A DNA stretch of 64,000 nt from Blepharisma stoltei ATCC 30299 (taxonomy: Eukaryota; Protista; Ciliophora), in NCBI GenBank assembly GCA_965603825.1, contig CBFDEM010000013.1:620001-684000 (forward strand), written 5' to 3'. The position numbers and the translations under genes are program-made. The notes beneath the pieces are model-generated. The model saw only the letters and a list, made by a program, of their open reading frames with translations, was not told the DNA's origin and did not search any database. Numbering within the stretch: the first letter of the stretch is position 1; each line of letters opens with the position of its first letter. This document shows, piece by piece, positions 12,406 to 24,772 of this stretch.

Positions 12406-14490
12406 TTATTTTAACTCTATTGCGTTTCTTACTTGCTTTAAGATAGGTAACCATGTTGGCGGGTCATAGACTCTTTTAGAAGCTTCAACTGCTTTTATTA
12501 TATTGCTATACATCTGCCCATCAGCATTTCCTATAGCCGATCCAAGTATTTTGTCTGGTGCTGCGATTGCATCTATTATATGGAGGCTGTCTTTGGCTAA
12601 TTCTCTGCACAGATTTACTTCAGCATCTTTTACTAGTCTGATTTGGCTACCATTAAATGCATTTTCCAAATAAAGCCCACTATTTTTTTCGACCCTTTCT
12701 AAAACAAATAAATAAAAGAGCTTCTTTATCACGGCTCCTGTCATTTGATTTTTTTCTAAAACTCCATTTACTAGTTTTAATAGCTGCTTGGCTATGATGC
12801 ATTCGCCATATGATTTTCCTAAATCTTGTAAATAATGCACTTGTGTGTTATTTCAGGCGTCAAACATATCATCGAATTTTGGACCGTTTTCTTGCAGTTT
12901 TGCTATAGATTGGTGTAAGAGTCAGTTTACACGATATTCCATAAGTTCAATTAATAGTTTCTCATTATAAAGTTCTTCTTCAGTGCTGAAGTCTACTTTA
13001 AACGATTTGACTTGATCTAAATCTAAGGTTAGATATGATAAACTTGGAGCAGTAATTTTAATACCTTTGAATGCTCGCTGTACCTGCTTGAAAATAAATT
13101 TTCCAGCTTGTTGGATAAGAACAGTATTATCACCTTCCCAGGTGGTATGAACATCACTCATGTTTCTATGAGAGTTTAGTCTTGAATATGCCTGAAAGCC
13201 CATCCCGCCAGTTGCTTCTCTGCATTCTTGTGTTGCAGCCACGGCAAAGCTACTGGAAATATTTTTCATTGCAGAAAGTATTGAGTGGTATTCTGCTAGC
13301 TCATTGCATTCAGGATCGTCAAAAGTTTTACTTCTAACATTTTTAAATTCTTCCATTAAAAATATCCCACATGATTTTATACCAAACATCTTCGCTAAAT
13401 GAGGAATTAAGCGATATTGCTGAGTTTGATAATCTAAAATAGGGATCTCTGGGCCATTTTGCTTGGAAAACTGTTTTTTAATTGCTGCAAACCTTAATGC
13501 AATAGTCAGGGAATGCCTCATACACACTTCACTGCCATTAACAACAGCAATTCTACCTCTTATTAGTCCTCCTAACATAATTCCTAATCTTTTTTCTTTG
13601 TTTTTAATAGAGCTTTTGAATTTTCCATCAGTTGTAATTTGGCTTAATCTGTCTAGCAAACAGTCATAAGGAACCCTATAGTCATTAAAAATCAAAAATC
13701 CATTGTCAACCCCATCTAAGTATATTTTCTTTCCGCAATCCCCAAGAATTACACCAGGAAGTGGCTGATGTGTTTCGTAATCCCTAATAGGAATCACAAA
13801 AGCATGCACTCCTTTATCAACTCCATCAACAATTAGTTTCGCAAACAATGAGGTCATGTTGGCCGTTTTACCGACTGCTCCAATTAGCCATTTCGCGGAC
13901 GTAGGCCTTGGAGAATTTATTATAAACTCTCTCGTTTTGTGATCATAAGTTGCTGTTGTTTCTAATCCAGCTACATTAGAACCATGCCCAAGCTCAGTCA
14001 TTGCAAATGAGCCATAATCTTTTAAACAGTAGGCTCTATCAATGCTGTTCCTATGCTTTTGAGTTCCTAAGTTTTGGATAGTATCAAGGTAAAGGGTAAT
14101 ATGGACTACAAATCTTGTGGAGGTCATCTGACAATACTCGCCAAGGCAATAAAGAAATTCGGATTTCTTCGCAGGATCTTTCATATCAATGTCATAAGTT
14201 AGCTGGTTTGAAGTATAAAGAAAGCCAAGCTGCTCTATAATTTTTTGACGTAAAGGTTCACGACTTAATTCAACATCTTCGGTATGGTCAAAAAGTGGAC
14301 TTGAACACATTTTGTTTCTGAGTTCAACAATTTTAGGGTAAAAAGAACCAAAATAGACTTCGGCAACAGTAGTTTTATCGATTTCTTGGCTTCTGCTTAA
14401 ATATTCAGCAAGCGAAGAATCGTGATCAGAAACAGGGAATTTTGAAACAAGATGGGACTGGAGCAATTTCAATCGATGACAGCCAGACAT
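12406..14490 (-). CDS. Peroxisomal acyl-CoA oxidase (694 aa)
   Basis: FAMTELGHGSNV, KWLIG, CREATGG and TWEGDN motifs. The two ORFs join through TGA 12922-12924 and TGA 12853-12855 (DA-W-NN). PTS2-like RLKLLQSHL at the N-terminus. Confidence 0.93.
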
Positions 14491-14968
14491 TAATTATAAA
14501 TAGTTGCTAATAGTTCAGAAATTTAGCTAGGGTAAATAGAGAATATGTGGTAACTATGAAGTGATTTCAGTTTTCGATTAATTTAAGTGTCCTAGGAATT
14601 TTGCTATAAAAATTTTGATGCTATTTTGATCTGTCCACGAGAAATTAAAAATTTAATGAAATAAAAGGTGAACTATTATTTATTTCGGTAAAGAGAATAA
14701 GTAGTGATTTTGTGGAATAGCAATGCTTATAAGCTGAATAGCTTATGAATTATTAATAAAGTCACGAAGAATTGTTTATACTTTTCAATTTATGATATTT
14801 TATTAGCTTTTTAGGTAACCATGCATATATAGCTGAGCAGTCAAAATCTCATGATTTGTCAAAAATTATTTATTCTCTATCAATATGGTGAAATTATAAT
14901 ATCTTCTTGATTTAATAATTAAATATTAAATTCCCTCATTTTTAATTTTATTTTAGTAGTTCCCTATT

Positions 14969-15676
14969 TTAATTATATTTTTTACGATTTGCTTCTCTCT
15001 CTCGCTTTATTCTAGCATCTTCCTTCACTTTTTTCTCGCGGTATGCATCTACTTCTACTTTGTTTAAATTTAAAATAATTTGCTTTATGCCTGCGCTCAA
15101 CCCAATTCCTCCAAGCCCAAGTAGTATTAATTGTTCATTACTCATTTCATTTAAGAACTGATAAGAAAAGCTCCCTGCCGACTTTTTAAACAAAAATTGC
15201 ATAAAACAATACCATCCTCCTAAATACACATCAAAAATAAGCAAGACCCAACTGCTTGGGACAGCAAACTCTTCAATAAATTTCATATCATATATAACTA
15301 ATCCCAGCAATCCTCCACCTGTCATTAGGTCCAGGTAATATTCAGGTATACCTTTTGTGTTTTCATAATCCTCCTCAATTTCTTCAAGCTTAAGCATCTG
15401 TATTGAATATTTAAGAATTATTGATATTGACAGCAAGGAGACAGTCATAAGATAAATAGATACCAATAGTTCCTGCTTGATTTTAAGGATTCGAATATTG
15501 AATGTTGACATAAATGCAAGCAAAAAGTATGTGAATGAGAGATAGCAAGAAACCCATTCAATTGAAGTGACTTTGCTGAAAACTCGGATTTTTGCGACCT
15601 CATGTGTTTGGTGAGAAGCTGAAAACCATAGAAGAACGTGAACTACAATCATAAGTAAATATCATATTCTTGCCAT
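14969..15676 (-). CDS. Multi-pass membrane protein (possibly FAR-17a/AIG1-like)
   Basis: ATG 15676 MARI-W(TGA 15662-15664)-YLLMIVVH; several hydrophobic helices and a charged C-terminal tail. Confidence 0.6.
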
Positions 15677-15808
15677 GATTATTTTATTAAGAAATTTAGG
15701 ATTATTTGATTTTAATATGAATTAAGGAAAAACAAAAAATAAGTTAGGAAAGAGATCTTGGCTTAAAAAACAGTGCCATAATTATAAAATTAAATAATTT
15801 CAGATTGA

Positions 15809-17200
15809 TTATCTCAATGCGAACCCTATAGCACAGCTAATCAGTAAAGTTGCAATAGTAACTCCAAATAATCTCTTATCCATAACCCTTTCTCCTCCAC
15901 TTCCAAATCTTTCTATTTTTTTAAGCAAATTCCTAGAGCACTCCAATGCAAAAACAAGTAATATTTGCCCTGTGATGCAAAAGCCAATAATATAATCTAG
16001 TCCAGCTGATGCAGCACTTCTAATGATTTCACAGCAATCTGAGTTCAAGCACCCATATTTTTCTTCCCCATCATTTTCATCTATTTTTCCTATTTGGTCT
16101 TCATCACATTTCAGCTTATCTTTTGAGCTCTCTATTTCTATATATTTCTCCTTGCATCCTAGGTAATTTAAATGCTTATCTTGCATTATATTCAGCAATT
16201 GATAGCAATTTGTGCTAACAGAAGCTTGAAAATCTTTTGTTGCAAAAACAATAAGCATGCAATAAAGCCAAAGAAAAATGAATAGAATTACAGATATAAT
16301 TTGAGAAAGAATGATAAGAGAAATATGTTCTTTATAAGCAGCGAAAAATGAAAACTGAGTATAGATCAATAAAATAATGCCAAGAATAATACCTGAGTGA
16401 GTTATTATAGGTGCTAAGTTTTCTGAGATGTCCAAAGCATGCCAATATAGTCAATATATCCCTGTGCACAATATTAATCCAATAGCAGATATCAATATGC
16501 TGATTTGAATCACTTGTACGTAATTGTGAATATTTTCATAGTCAATACTAAGTTTGCAAGATAAATAAAATATATAGATGTACCCAATGATGTATTTTAA
16601 TGATGCTCCACTAATGAAATATAGTGCTCACTTAACTTTTCAACTGATATCAGGATCCTTAATTGATTCTAACAAGTTTTGATGAGAAATAACAGATACA
16701 ATTCCTATATAAAAGAAGCAAGAGGCCACTAAATGCAGAATGTATAAAGAATTTGTAAAAAAATCCTGAGCTACAATATTATTTCACTGTGTTAGCATTT
16801 TTATATGTTTAGTTAGCGATTCTTTTGTATATTTCGCCCCAAAATAAACACAAAGAGTTGCACAGATCCCTATTAATGATACAAATGGAGGAAACATCAA
16901 GAAATATTTATTTGTGTGGTGAAAAGCCATTACTCCAGCTATAAGAACAATAACTGGAGCAAATAGAATCCCTATAGCAGCTATCTGAAGCCGATTAAGG
17001 ATTTTTTCTTCTTCTTTTATGGTCATTCGATTTGTATGCCTTTCTGAAATTCGTGAAATGCTTGGAAAAGGTTTTAATAAATTATTTTGTGCTTCTGTCA
17101 TTTGAGGCATTTCAATCGATTGCTTAAGTTGATTTTCTCCTTTTTCATCCTCATCAGTAAAGTTTGAGTAATTCTTCATACCTCTTTGCTTTATCTCCAT
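15809..17200 (-). CDS. Multi-pass membrane protein with a tetraspanin-like Cys-rich loop (463 aa)
   Basis: A single frame from ATG 17200 through four TGAs (16784, 16640, 16628, 16451) joins the two listed ORFs with no TAA or TAG. Confidence 0.72.
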
Positions 17201-17406
17201 ATTAGCAAATATTTCCAATAAAATTTTCCAGCTAATTATCAAAAGAATCAACAAAAATCTTTCCTTAAAATCTATAATTAAAATTATTATTTTTTAGAAT
17301 TTTCTTATGCTTGCACATTGATAATTATCCTGGTATTTTTCTCTCCATTTAATTGCTCACTTGAGATTCCCTGCACTGGATTTTTAAATAAAAGAAATCT
17401 TGCGCG

Positions 17407-18789
17407 ATGTCAGCAGCTGTTGTAAGAGAGCGGAAATCCATAAGGACATATACATCTCCTCCTGATGCAGGGCAGCCTGAGTATCGAGACTATAAAATTG
17501 AAAAATCAATTCTTACGCCATCTCTTTCACTTCCTTATCAAAGCCAACCTGAAATAAATATAGTTCCTGATAGCAAAGTAGAGGACTCAATAAATCTTTT
17601 TATATCAGAAAATGATGAAAAGGAAAAGAATCCTAGAAAGCTGTCCCCAGATTTTCGACAAGAAGAAATTGACAATGTCAATGAAGAAACAAAATTTCCA
17701 ATTGATATTAAAGGCTCTTTATCACTCGTTGAAGAAGATTTTCCTTCAGACGAGTCAACACCATTAGGTGCTAAGTCAATCTTTTCTCAATTTTCTAACG
17801 AAAAATCGAAGCTCAAATATTCTGAAGACGAAATAAGGAAAGCAGGGGATGAGGACTGATCTTGGGTACTACCGATAGAAATAGTAAAAATTCTGAGAAG
17901 GAACTGCGAAAAGCCACAAATGCTTATGGCAGCCAACTCTAATTATAAAAATAGTTGGCGTGCTGAAGAAGACGAAACACAGAAAAAAATCAGGCAAGGC
18001 GCAATTGAAACTACAAAAAAAGTTAATGCAGAGAAAACAACTAAAGAGAAAGTTCTATGCCAAATTAAAATAATCTTGAATAAAATGAGCCTTGTAAATT
18101 TTGACAAGCTTAAAGAAGAATTGTTTGAAATTGCTAAGTCCAATGAAGAATATCTAGAGCCATTAGCAGGCGCGATTTTTCAAAAAGCCTGTTTTGAGAA
18201 AAAATATGTGGGGATGTATGCTGATTTATGCAAATACTTATCTAATGAGTATCTAGATTTTCAGCTTGGATATAAAGTAGATCCACCTAAAAAGACACAA
18301 GATAGTTTATTCAGGAAAATTCTCTTAAATATATGTCAGGAATCTTTTGAAGATATGTGAACAAATAATTTTAAGTACAAAAATGAGCCGGTTTATAAAG
18401 TTAAAAGTTTAGGATGTGCAAAATTTATTGGTGAACTTTTTAAAATTGGTTTAATTCCACCAAAGATAATTTTTACTTGTCTTATGGAATTAATTAGCCA
18501 AGATTTTAAAGAAAAATACAAAAACCCTGATATAAACTCTTTGCAACTTGATGACGATAAATTAGAAGGAGCAATTTTAATACTACTAGCTGGAGGGTTT
18601 GCTTTTGAAAATGAAAAAAATTTATCTAGAACTAATGCAGTTGTTAATGCACTTAGTGAAATAATGACTAGAAATCTGACTAACTCGCGAAACAAATTTT
18701 TAATACTTGTAACAATTATTTAGGATATGATTGAACTAAGAGCCTCAGGCTGGCAGCCAAGGCCAATCGAATCGCCTATCGTTAATTAA
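17407..18789 (+). CDS. MIF4G-domain protein (eIF4G-like); 2 TGA-Trp, one intron
   Basis: IKIILNKMS..NFDKL, IFQKA..E..Y..MYADLC, FRKILLNICQ and LG..KFIGELFK motifs; after intron 18709-18723 it reads FLIL|DMIELRASGWQPR. TGAs at 17857 and 18358. Confidence 0.88.
18709..18723 (+). other. 15-nt intron GTAACAATTATTTAG (phase 0)
   Basis: Removal restores the terminal MIF4G helix DxxxLRxxxW. Confidence 0.9.
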
Positions 18790-19131
18790 ATTTTATTAAG
18801 CATTTTAAAATCTCATTATATTGTAGAAATCAGCTAATCAGTTCATCACATTTTCATAAATAATTTTAAATTAATAGTCTAATATGCATCCATCAGCATG
18901 CCTAAAATTGTAGCAATTCCTATTTTAGATCATCCTTGCACAAACCAAAAAAAGTTTATTAAAGATAATAATTTTATCAATAAATAAAAGCATTTTTAAT
19001 AATATTGATTTTTATTCAGAAAGAAAACAAGACTAATTAATTAATAATTAAAGAGTTGTGATTAAAATAATAAGGCTTCTTTTTATGATTCATATACATC
19101 TTTATAAAACTGCTTAAAAATCATATATTAA

Positions 19132-19542
19132 ATGGAATCTCCTGTGAGTGCATCTCAATCTCAGCCTGACATTAAGAAGTTCATTAAACACATGCACAAA
19201 AAAATAGAAGAAATTAGAGTACAGATGTTTGATTCCAAACAAGATTATGAAAAATTAAGAAGTGAAGCCAAATCTCTGGAATCTCAAAATAACGCCGAAA
19301 GCAATGATATAACTAATAGGATACTTGATGAGCTAGATAGGCTAGAAAATCAATTTAAAAAGCAGATTAATGAAGAAAAAACTGAAGTCAGCTTCTTGAA
19401 GCAGCAAATTGCAAGTGTGACCCAAGAAAAGATAAAGCTTGAACAAAATTGTTTGCTATTAGGAACAAGAGTAGATGAAGCTGAAAGGGTGGTGGGAATT
19501 GAGCTAACTCTGCCTTCTATTGAAGATATTAGACATTTCTAA
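19132..19542 (+). CDS. Small coiled-coil protein (136 aa)
   Basis: ATG-TAA ORF with a heptad pattern. Confidence 0.7.
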   Translation: MESPVSASQSQPDIKKFIKHMHKKIEEIRVQMFDSKQDYEKLRSEAKSLESQNNAESNDITNRILDELDRLENQFKKQINEEKTEVSFLKQQIASVTQEKIKLEQNCLLLGTRVDEAERVVGIELTLPSIEDIRHF

Positions 19543-19631
19543 TATAATAAGCGATTATACATTATGATATCTTATAAATAGAACTTATTTGTATCAAAAC
19601 AAATCGCTACTTAAAATAAATTCAAAATTAA

Positions 19632-20174
19632 TTATTTCATTGTTTGGACAAAACTTATTGAGCATGGCCTTTTATGTTTCAAATCCTGAATTGAAATATT
19701 TTGACTTCCACTATTAGTGTGGTAAAGTCTATTAACAGCGTTTCTTGCAATTTTTTGTTTTTCTCGCATACATTGCCTAGATTTCTGGCTTCGATAGTTA
19801 TAAGTCATCTTCATAAAAGAATCAGAGCTAAGATTTCTTAATCTAGGATGTTTTCTTAATGTACTTGTGAAAATATTTCTCTCAACACCAGGAACATAAG
19901 CAGCGTGCAGTCCTCCACTATCACGAGCAATATAAAAATCTCTCCCAGAGCCATCAGAGTGATATTTAAAGACTGGAGAAGCTAGTCTTGGCGCAGGACT
20001 GAAAAACCGTCGATTCGGACTTGGGTTGGAGCTTTTAAAGCCTGACGGTGAACTTGGTCCTGAGTTTATAAAGCCTCCATTGTTTACTGAAATATATTTA
20101 TCCCTCCCATTTCCATCATTGCTATAATGTGTATATTTCGGCATAAAAGTTCGATATAATGATCCTGCATCCAT
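19632..20174 (-). CDS. Hypothetical protein with two YxxDGxGRDxYI repeats
   Basis: YSNDGNGRDKYI and YHSDGSGRDFYI repeats in a 180-aa basic ORF. Confidence 0.7.
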   Translation of the reverse strand: MDAGSLYRTFMPKYTHYSNDGNGRDKYISVNNGGFINSGPSSPSGFKSSNPSPNRRFFSPAPRLASPVFKYHSDGSGRDFYIARDSGGLHAAYVPGVERNIFTSTLRKHPRLRNLSSDSFMKMTYNYRSQKSRQCMREKQKIARNAVNRLYHTNSGSQNISIQDLKHKRPCSISFVQTMK

Positions 20175-20186
20175 TTATAATATAAG

Positions 20187-20912
20187 ATGGGAAACTCTCA
20201 AATAAAAGAAGAAAAAGAGACTTCCGAAGTGAAGGATCAGGTCTTTGAAAGCCAGTTTAAGCGAATTATTTATACTCCAAATAATTTCAACAACGACCCA
20301 AAAAATACCGAATGAAACAATGTTTTGCTAAAAATTGAAGGCGGAGTTTTGTATTCCTTTATGGACTCTCGTTTAGAGCATAAAGTGAAAATCAATAAAG
20401 CTATAAGCATTTCGGCGGAAGATGCACATTTAAAGGAATTTTTATTAGGTCTCCAATTATCAGGAGAAGATTTTATTTGGAGGCTAAGGTCGGAAACTCT
20501 GGTTGAGTTCATACAATGAAAAAAAGCGCTGATGATATGCAGAAGGCCGGAGTGGCAGAAATCGAATGTTTGCCAAGAATGTGGGGCTGCTTTTCATGTT
20601 TATAGAAGAAGCCACCATTGTAGATCGTGTGGAAGACAGTTATGTGATAAATGCTCTTCTTATTTTATGGATTTGGAGTCTATGGGATATATAACTCAGC
20701 AGAGGTCTTGCAAGAAGTGTATTAGCGAGTGAAAAATGATTAGAAATTCTACGACGGGAAGTATGATAGAAGAAAGGAAAAGAATTAGCAGATCGATTAT
20801 GAAGCAGAAAATGTCGCTTCTAAATGCTACGAAAGACTCGTTTCTAGAAAAAGATTTAAAAGAGTCGTCTAATCCGTCTTTATTATGTGGTATGGGAAAA
20901 GACGGATTTTAA
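20187..20912 (+). CDS. PH-like + FYVE domain protein (241 aa, 3 TGA-Trp)
   Basis: MGNSQ start; one frame through TGAs 20313, 20517 (EFIQ-W-KKAL, PH terminal helix) and 20730; FYVE motif CQEC...RRSHHCRSCG..LCDKCS...RSCKKC. Confidence 0.85.
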
Positions 20913-21204
20913 ATAATTATATAATTAAATGTTTAATAATAGATAGCAGTTAATATCTCAATATTAGAAATCATAATAGAGTGCAGAATGACTCAAAATT
21001 TTTTTATGAAATAAGTTATTTCTTTATTATGATAAACTATTTCAATATGTCTTAAAAATCTTTTTTTTATCAGTTTCACCTGTTAACTTATTATATAAAT
21101 AAAGTCATTTAAATTTATAATTCATTACTTTGATGTATTAAAAAACAATGAATTGATAATTTAATGGCATCTTCTATACAAAAAAATTTTATCATAATTA
21201 AAAT

Positions 21205-23169
21205 ATGGGTCAGAGTCATTCATACCAATCTTTAAGAATCCAAAATAGCTTAAAGCATAAGCACACCCATCGATTATCAGACGGAGATCGTCCTCATGGA
21301 TCATCAAAGACATTTTGCATCCTTTTTGATTCTGAACAAGTCAACATCCAAGTACTGGACGATAACTTGACCTGTGGCTGACTATTATCTGAAGTAATTC
21401 GGCTCTATAAAGGAGATAAACAAATAATAGGTCTCCAAACTGTAAATAATATAGATATCCTTGATTACTGACTAAGCGACTATGAAAGACCGCTTCAACC
21501 TTTCAAAGACAACGAAACTTTTGTTCCTATATATGAACAAGAAATTTCAAACGAAATATCAACAGCTCATTTTTTACCAATAAGGACTATAGGAAAAGGA
21601 GGATTTTCAAGGGTGATTGAAGCCAGAAAGCTAGACTCTGGGATTATTTATGCAATTAAAATTATGAGCAAAAGCTTTGTCATTAATGAAGAAAAAGTTG
21701 TACAGATATTAACTGAGAGAAGCATTATGGGAAAAGTTAAGCATCCTTTTATTGTAGATTTGCATTGAGCCTTTCAAACTGTAATTTCTAGCTAGGGGAG
21801 AGAGCTTTTTCTTGTCATGGATTTTTGCCCAGGAGGAGAGCTATTTTTTCATCTACATAACCTTGGAAGGTTCACTGAAAAACAAGCCAAATTTTATTTT
21901 GCTGAAATTTTGCTAGGATTGGAGTATTTGCACAATGTGAATGTTATATATAGAGATTTAAAGCCAGAAAATATTTTATTAGATATGGATGGTCATATAA
22001 AATTAATAGATTTTGGCTTGTCCAAAGAATCAGTTTCTAATAGAGGGAGAAGCTATTCATTTTGTGGATCGCCAGAATATATGAGTCCTGAGATGCTGAA
22101 AGGCACTGGGCATGGCAGAGAGGTTGATTTTTATAGCCTTGGAGCTTTGCTGTTTGAAATGTTAACAGGCCTTCCTCCATTTTATGACTCAAATAGATCG
22201 AAAATGTATATGAGAATTCTTCAAGAAGAATTAAACTTACCAAATTTCATTAGTGAAGAAGCAAGAGATTTATTATCAAGACTCCTTGAAAAAGATCCTG
22301 AATTGAGGATTGGATCTACTATTGGGGCCGAAGCAATTAAAGCGCATCCATGATGCCAAAAAATTAATTGGAAAAAAATTGAAAATAAACAGATTTTGCC
22401 ACCTTTTCGACCAAATTTAAGATATCCGAATTTTGATCCTGAATATATGGCGATTCCAATAGATTTAAATGAATTTTTCGAAAATTCTCCGAATTTGCCA
22501 AATGACCCTTTTGAAGAATTCGATTTTTCGGGCACAGAAAATGAGCAAAAGCTCTCTTTATTTCCTAAAAATGCCGTTCAAGCAGACATATCTGCTATAT
22601 CAACCCAAGCAAGCAAGTCTACAGGCTTCATAAGCCGAAATATTTCTTTGACGACAGTTTCAGCAATTGCTGAAGAAGAAGACGATGTAAACACTACTCA
22701 TATCAAAGAATTCCAGCCTGCAAGCTCGCCTAGAGCTTTATTAGATCAAGCAAAAAGAAGGAGAGATACAGAAGTTTCTGAAAAAAAATTTACATTTTCT
22801 TTGAAAGATTTAAAAAATCCTCCAAAGAAAAGAGCTCTTAATTTAGCGATTTTCCCCAAAAATTCAAAGCCTGCCCGAATAATTAATGATAGACAAAATA
22901 CAGAAATTTTGGTTAAAAGTCCTAAGCCTTATTTAACATTTGACAAAGAAATAAATCAATTAGCTGAATCAGCATCTCCGTCAGTAAGAATCGCTAAAAA
23001 ACAAAAAAGGCACACATTTAAGCCAGAAATAATGAAAAAAGCTCCAAAATCCCAAGAAATTTTACAAGCAAATAAAATATCTGATGTTTTAAATGAAATA
23101 GAAAAGAAGCTAAAAGCAAAACCGGCTAAAAAACGAATTATAAAAACTAAAAATAATGTAATAATTTAA
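21205..23169 (+). CDS. AGC-family Ser/Thr kinase (S6K/Akt-like); 4 TGA-Trp, one intron
   Basis: IGKGGFSRV, YAIK, HPFIV, YRDLKPEN, DFG, SFCGSPEY and HP-W(TGA 22351) motifs; other TGAs at 21379, 21469 and 21766; intron 21781-21795. Confidence 0.92.
21781..21795 (+). other. 15-nt intron GTAATTTCTAGCTAG (phase 0)
   Basis: Removal gives AFQT|GRELFLVMDF, restoring normal kinase spacing. Confidence 0.92.
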
Positions 23170-23181
23170 AATTAAGAAAAA

Positions 23182-24390
23182 ATGGCTTATTTAGCTAGTG
23201 CAAGTGACTTATCAACAATATACGAAGTTAATGAAACATATGCATCTATGGCCTCAGCACGGCCATTACCCGATAGCTTTATAGAAAAAAGCATTGAAAT
23301 AATCATATCAAAAGCAGTAATAATTGAAGAAAATGCATTTACCAGATATGCGCTCTACACAATAACGGGAAGAGATAGTTCAGGACCATTTGAAGCCTCC
23401 CGAAGATATAGTGACTTTTTAGCTTTGAGAAATCAATTACTATATCGATGGCCTGGCTGTTTTGTCCCTCCAATTCCTCCTAAAAAAATTCTAGGAAACC
23501 TTACAAGTAATTTTATCGAATCTCGAAAATCTTTACTTCAAAGGTTTTTGCAGAGAATCTCACAGATAACTTTTTTATATACAAGTGAAGAGTTCCAGAT
23601 GTTTATTAGAGGCACGTCAGATTTTGAAGTGATTATAAAAAATTTAAAAGTGGCGACAAGAGATATTATGATTGTATTTCATAGTTTGTTCTGTGAGTTC
23701 GTTGATGCTGAGATTACTGATGAAATTAGAGTAAAATTGGTTGAATATGATAATTTTTTGAAAAATAGCTTGGGGCTGTTTGTAGAGTTTGCGAAAGCAG
23801 TTAAAATGATAAAAGAACAGTTTGAGAGGTTTAAACGGCATTTTTTGGATGTAAACTGCAAAATTAAAGCTGTAGAAAAAGAGTACATAATGAAATTGCA
23901 AGAAAGCGAAATGCAAATTGATAATGCACAAGTTAGGTTTGCAATTCCAAACCCTTTTAAAGAGCTTCACTCCTGGGCTAAAAACGAAATTGCTGACATC
24001 TCAGCTATGCTAAATACAATTTCGATTTGTCATTCGTTTGAAAACCGAAAAAAAAAGCTTGAAAGGAAGCTCTCTCTAGAAAATAAATTAGTCAACAAAG
24101 CACAAAAAGGTATTGACAATATATGAAAACAAATGGCTCATATCACCAAGAAATACCCCGAAGACCCCGAGCTTAAGAAAGCTCGAATTAAATCAGAAAT
24201 CGAAGATATCACACAAATTTTGAAAATAATGACGGCTAGGCTGTGCGAAGAAGAGTTGCCTGTGTTCAAGGCAGAAAGGGTGAAAGCATACGAAGACATG
24301 ATGGCATTGTACTCAGAGCTGACTCTTGAAGGTTTTACACGAATATCAGAATCAGCTATGAGGGTGCATATAGAAATGTTAGATAATTAA
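23182..24390 (+). CDS. PX-domain protein (sorting nexin-like)
   Basis: RRYSDFLALR...VPPIPPK...FIESRK..LQRFL PX motif; ORFs joined through TGA 24124-24126; helical C-terminal half. Confidence 0.87.
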
Positions 24391-24431
24391 TTAAAATCAG
24401 CTAAGAATGTATATAGAATGTGGTTACTTTA

Positions 24432-24674
24432 TTAGCTCTTCTGCGCTGACTGGATAATTTGGAATATTGCTGCTTAAAAATCACCTGAACCGACTACTAC
24501 AAAGAGGAAGAAGGCTAAAAGAATTGGACCAACAGTAAGACCGTCATCTTTTTGTTTCTACTTGGAAATTACTGCAAGTGAGGATGGAACTTTGCCTCTT
24601 TTTTCGATATTTGACATGTGCTGTTCAGTGACCAGTCTCATTTGCTTCTTGGATGACTAAGTAAGACTTACCAT
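24432..24674 (-). CDS. SERP1: Stress-associated ER protein SERP1/RAMP4 (65 aa, 4 exons); absent from the ORF track
   Basis: Exons 24674-24672, 24656-24573, 24557-24485 and 24469-24432 give MSSKKQMRLVTEQHMSNIEKRGKVPSSLAKQKDDGLTVGPILLAFFLFVVVGSAIFQIIQSAQKS*, the RAMP4 signature. Confidence 0.92.
24470..24484 (-). other. 15-nt intron GTGATTTTTAAGCAG (phase 1)
   Basis: Restores GS|AIFQII. Confidence 0.9.
24558..24572 (-). other. 15-nt intron GTAATTTCCAAGTAG (phase 0)
   Basis: Removes an in-frame TAG within SERP1. Confidence 0.9.
24657..24671 (-). other. 15-nt intron GTAAGTCTTACTTAG directly after the ATG
   Basis: GT..AG with A at -6; links ATG to SSKKQMR. Confidence 0.85.
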
Positions 24675-24772
24675 TTTATATTTATCAATTTTCCACGTGC
24701 CTTGATTTTTAAAATAATTGTAAGAAATATTTAAAATTATGCTTAGCTTATTATTTCATAAAAATTAAATAA

